This document shows, piece by piece, positions 63,809 to 64,000 of a stretch of DNA of 64,000 nucleotides. The stretch spans positions 488 to 64,487 of the IMG/VR virus record IMGVR_UViG_3300033073_001071; one strand, 5' to 3'. Positions within the stretch are counted from its first letter, which is position 1. Each line of letters opens with the position of its first letter. The notes under the pieces are model-generated. The model made no database searches, had not been told where the DNA came from, and worked only from the letters and a program-made list of their open reading frames with translations. The stretch is from a virus. The translations under genes and the position numbers were made by a program.

Positions 63809-64000
63809 TGAAGTACTCCGAATATTTTAGTCTAAAAAGTGTTTCAAGTTGATCATCATAAAAATCTAAAAATATTACTTCTATATAATTGTGGTCTTTG
63901 GACCATTCTAAATGATATCTTGGCGCAAAGCCCAATTCTCTCAGCATGGTTGATCTTATCATAAACATACTAGGCTTCCACGCATATTCTTGTTTAAGAC
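63801..64000 (-). CDS. hypothetical protein (partial, 3' end)
   Basis: Open frame ...RELGFAPRYH...FLDFYDDQLETLFRLKYSEYFNG*. Confidence 0.55.
   Translation of the reverse strand, partial: LKQEYAWKPSMFMIRSTMLRELGFAPRYHLEWSKDHNYIEVIFLDFYDDQLETLFRLKYSEYFNG

Noticed and set aside
1-64000. tRNA, rRNA or tmRNA genes
   Set aside because: Intergenic gaps are short and I saw no cloverleaf or T-loop context; a tRNAscan-SE run would be needed to exclude them fully
1-64000. Stop-codon reassignment as in some large phages
   Set aside because: Long conserved genes are intact in the standard code, and TAA, TGA and TAG all end genes at sensible positions
1-64000. Bacterial chromosome origin, suggested by guaC, clpA, dnaJ, infA, SOD and erpA
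   Set aside because: These genes are interspersed with T4-like PolB, clamp loader, RNase H, baseplate and lysis genes in dense single-strand phage organisation

Overview
This is a 64 kb segment of a large, AT-rich, T4-like dsDNA phage in the standard genetic code. Almost every gene is on the minus strand; phoH is the only credible plus-strand gene. Spanins and proteobacterial-type ErpA and IF-1 suggest a Gram-negative host (inference). Main blocks: (1) RNase H and small genes. (2) A ~15 kb 7-deazaguanine cluster with folE, queD, queE, yhhQ, a DpdL-like T-fold protein and a DpdA/TGT-like transglycosylase, but no queC in the window. It is interleaved with GMP reductase, a purine PRTase, MazG, a QTMAN/GTDC1-like glycosyltransferase, a DegT-like aminotransferase and two dehydrogenases, and a preQ1-riboswitch-like pseudoknot precedes queD. 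(3) Sliding clamp, PolB and a dsDNA-binding protein. (4) A late-expressed run of modular polyprotein genes with capsid-targeting-like N-termini, xxE protease-like junctions, DNA-level junction repeats and enzyme cargo. (5) ClpA/DnaJ, a lysis cassette, phoH, clamp loader, GroES and a DnaE fragment. (6) Baseplate/tail genes. (7) ErpA, SOD, IF-1, YccA and a DD-peptidase. Two promoter classes are visible (sigma70-type and TAAATA late-type), several giving apparently leaderless mRNAs. All assignments come from motif recognition by eye; no database search was run.
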